A DNA stretch of 64,000 nt, from the NCBI RefSeq assembly GCF_036387835.1, contig NZ_DASVSY010000065.1, positions 12,322 to 76,321 of the forward strand, written 5' to 3'. The notes under the pieces are model-generated. The model did not search any database. It had not been told where the DNA came from and worked only from the letters and a program-made list of their open reading frames with translations. Made by a program: the position numbers and the translations under genes. This document shows positions 62,024 to 64,000 of the stretch, in pieces (positions within the stretch are counted from its first letter, which is position 1; each line of letters begins with the position of its first letter). The stretch is from Hymenobacter sp. (GTDB lineage: Bacteria > Bacteroidota > Bacteroidia > Cytophagales > Hymenobacteraceae).

Positions 62024-64000
62024 TTAGAAGTCTACTTTAAAGCGGCCGCGTAAGCCCCATTCTGTCACGTTTGGGTTGTCGAGGTAATTGATTCTTTTCA
62101 CGACATCCAACCGAAAAAGCTTGAATATATTGGCTATGCCTACGCTGGCTTCGGCGTAGGGCTGCCGGCCCAGGGCAAATGTGGTGGGCCGGCCTTGATT
62201 GTCTTGCAGAAACTGGTAAAGCTCTAACTGACGAACTGGATTGTTTTCCGCCCGCAACCCGCCGTACAGCAGTTTCAGCGAAGCTACTTCGCGCAACTTC
62301 AAGTGCTTGATCAGCGGGAGTTTGTTGAAGAAGAAGCCGTTGAAATTATGGTCCACGAAGAGGCTGGCATACTGGTCGCTGGAGAATTCCAGAAAGTTCA
62401 TCAGGTTGTACGAGTTCAACTGATACGAGTACGTTTGGTTGGCCCGATGGATCGTCAGCAACGGAAACGGCACCTGCCCAAACGTGTAGCCTCCTTCCAC
62501 CGTGACATCGGAAATGCCAAATGGCGCCAGATAAAACCGCTTCTTGATGTTGAGCGCCAAGTTCTGGTACGAGTACTCACCTGCCAGCAACCCCTTCAGG
62601 CCCGCCGTAAACCGGGCCGTAATAACCGGGTAAGGCCCAATGATAGGCACCCGGTAGAGCTTGCCCTGATAGAAGGTTTCTTTGGGCGCCCAGCGCAAGG
62701 CCAGCATCAGTTCCGTGGTATGCAGCGCTGCTATATCAGTGCTGCTATCATTGGCCCCCTTACGGAAATACAGCCCCCCCGCCGGCGACTGTTGCCACTT
62801 CTTGAAGCCTAGCGTGTACGAGAAATGGCTGTCGAACTCGTGCACGTAGTCGAGCCGATAAATGTCGTTGTAAAGCCATTTATCGTTAACACCGCGCTTG
62901 AAGGAGAGCAGAAAGTTGTCTTCCTGCACAAACTCCAGTTCCTGCCCCGGAATCTTGGTGTCGCGCTGAAAACTGGCCCGCACGAAGTTCTGCGGGAAAG
63001 TGTAAACCGACTTGTTGTTAAGCGAATAGGTGGAACTGAGGTAGTACTTCCACTTTTCGTCTTTGAAGCCGTAGGCCGCATACGTCTCAAAGTAAAGCCG
63101 CTTGCTTAGCTCGGGAGTAGTACGGCCGCCCAGCCGCAGCCGGAAGCCTTCCACGGGGTTGAAGCTGTAAAAGGCGTTGGCGGGCCCAACCTCGAACACG
63201 CCAAACGACTTGTAGCCCGCCAGCAGAAACGTGTACAGCCCCAGCGTCCGCCGAAACGACGGGATGGTTTGCAGGGTGTCCACGTTCTTATAAATCGCGC
63301 TTTCCAGCTGACTGAGGCTATCGGGCCGGTTCTGTTGCCAGAAGGCGGGGCTACGGGCCGTAAGGCTATCAGCGGTGGAAGTTGCGCTTTCGTAGAAACT
63401 TTCCGGCCGCGCCTGGTTGATTTGGTACTGTTGGTAGACGACGGTCCGCTCGCCGTAAAAGCCGGAGCCTTTGCTGGAAGAGACGCCAAAGTCAATAGCC
63501 AGCTCGCTCTTGCTTAAGTGGTAGCGCTTATCCGGGTTTTCCGCGAATTGCAAGCGCGCATTCAGGCTTTTAATGAAGTTAAGATTGATGCGTCGATCTA
63601 CCGATAGCTCAGCCTGCTGTACCGCGTAATTGCCATCCAATGTCACGTAAAGCTTGCCTCTAAACAGCAAGTCTTCGCGGTTGCGGGGTGCAAAGCTTAA
63701 CTCAAGTAATTGCGGCGTATTTTGCCGCAGCGTATCGGTGATAAAGTACTGGTAGAACGAAGGCGCCGAATTGGCCAACGGGCTCAGCAACTGATTGCCC
63801 AGAATGGTAATGCGGTTATCATAGATGTCGATGTCCTGGTACATTCTATTGAAGTAGGTGCTCAGGCCCCCGTTATCAATAAAATTCCTATCGAACTGCA
63901 CCTGCTTGGTTCCGAGAGCTATGGTTTTATGCTTCTCCGGATTCTTGCTGTAGTATTCTTTGGCCAGCTTTTCTTCCAAGTAAAGCGGCAAAATATTCAC
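62024..64000 (-). CDS. DUF5686-like outer-membrane protein (5' end beyond the window)
   Basis: The frame is open to the window edge, so the N-terminus is missing. FYQYFITDTL, LLFRGKLYVTLDGNYAV and a C-terminal beta-barrel-like region ending in F resemble Bacteroidota DUF5686/CarboxypepD_reg proteins. Confidence 0.55.
   Translation of the reverse strand: MNILPLYLEEKLAKEYYSKNPEKHKTIALGTKQVQFDRNFIDNGGLSTYFNRMYQDIDIYDNRITILGNQLLSPLANSAPSFYQYFITDTLRQNTPQLLELSFAPRNREDLLFRGKLYVTLDGNYAVQQAELSVDRRINLNFIKSLNARLQFAENPDKRYHLSKSELAIDFGVSSSKGSGFYGERTVVYQQYQINQARPESFYESATSTADSLTARSPAFWQQNRPDSLSQLESAIYKNVDTLQTIPSFRRTLGLYTFLLAGYKSFGVFEVGPANAFYSFNPVEGFRLRLGGRTTPELSKRLYFETYAAYGFKDEKWKYYLSSTYSLNNKSVYTFPQNFVRASFQRDTKIPGQELEFVQEDNFLLSFKRGVNDKWLYNDIYRLDYVHEFDSHFSYTLGFKKWQQSPAGGLYFRKGANDSSTDIAALHTTELMLALRWAPKETFYQGKLYRVPIIGPYPVITARFTAGLKGLLAGEYSYQNLALNIKKRFYLAPFGISDVTVEGGYTFGQVPFPLLTIHRANQTYSYQLNSYNLMNFLEFSSDQYASLFVDHNFNGFFFNKLPLIKHLKLREVASLKLLYGGLRAENNPVRQLELYQFLQDNQGRPTTFALGRQPYAEASVGIANIFKLFRLDVVKRINYLDNPNVTEWGLRGRFKVDF

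Overview
This is a GC-rich 64-kb window with Bacteroidota-type gene content: DUF2723, DUF4833 and DUF5686 proteins and a GH31/GH2/GH125 glycan-degradation set. A Hymenobacter/Cytophagales-like source is inference only. The window looks like part of a large plasmid or chromid. At 17.9-23.8 kb there is a full maintenance module. It has two paralogous Rep_3-type initiator genes transcribed divergently from a ~1.56-kb non-coding field. That field carries at least 18 copies of a 17-bp iteron in two sequence variants, plus a consensus DnaA box. The module also has an AT-rich cluster of ACGT-centred palindromes and a parA plus small-partner gene pair. Left of it lie a partial sensor kinase, a DUF2723 membrane protein, KDPG aldolase, GH31, a GH2 beta-mannosidase, a heavily decayed GH125 pseudogene, an orphan 823-aa NHL-like protein and an IS3-family element (15826-17113, 3-bp target duplication). 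Right of it lie small regulatory and membrane proteins, a PAS kinase, a beta-propeller/phosphoesterase fusion, a Gfo/Idh/MocA oxidoreductase and a YcaQ-like protein. Next comes a truncated GH43 gene followed by ~2 kb of lower-GC, nearly ORF-free DNA. After that are a xanthine-dehydrogenase-family operon with two tandem Mo-subunit paralogues and an SDR. A ~13-kb metal-resistance island follows: CopA plus cupredoxin, a Cys-rich protein, an HMBD lipoprotein, a DUF305-HMBD protein and a TolC/adaptor/RND pump. The window ends with a CDP-alcohol-phosphatidyltransferase-DUF4833 / PAP2 lipid gene pair and a partial DUF5686 protein. I saw no rRNA, tRNA or CRISPR array. The most notable signals are: the mirror-image double replicon with two iteron dialects; a ~100-bp MITE/REP-like element with self-palindromic terminal repeats in three copies, one inside the pump operon; a repeat-derived in-frame insertion in the RND pump gene; several unusually long perfect hairpins; an IS3 element whose orfA and orfB share one frame separated by a TAA; and the ORF-free low-GC block after the GH43 remnant. 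All protein family calls come from motif recognition by eye, with no database search, and should be confirmed with HMM/BLAST.
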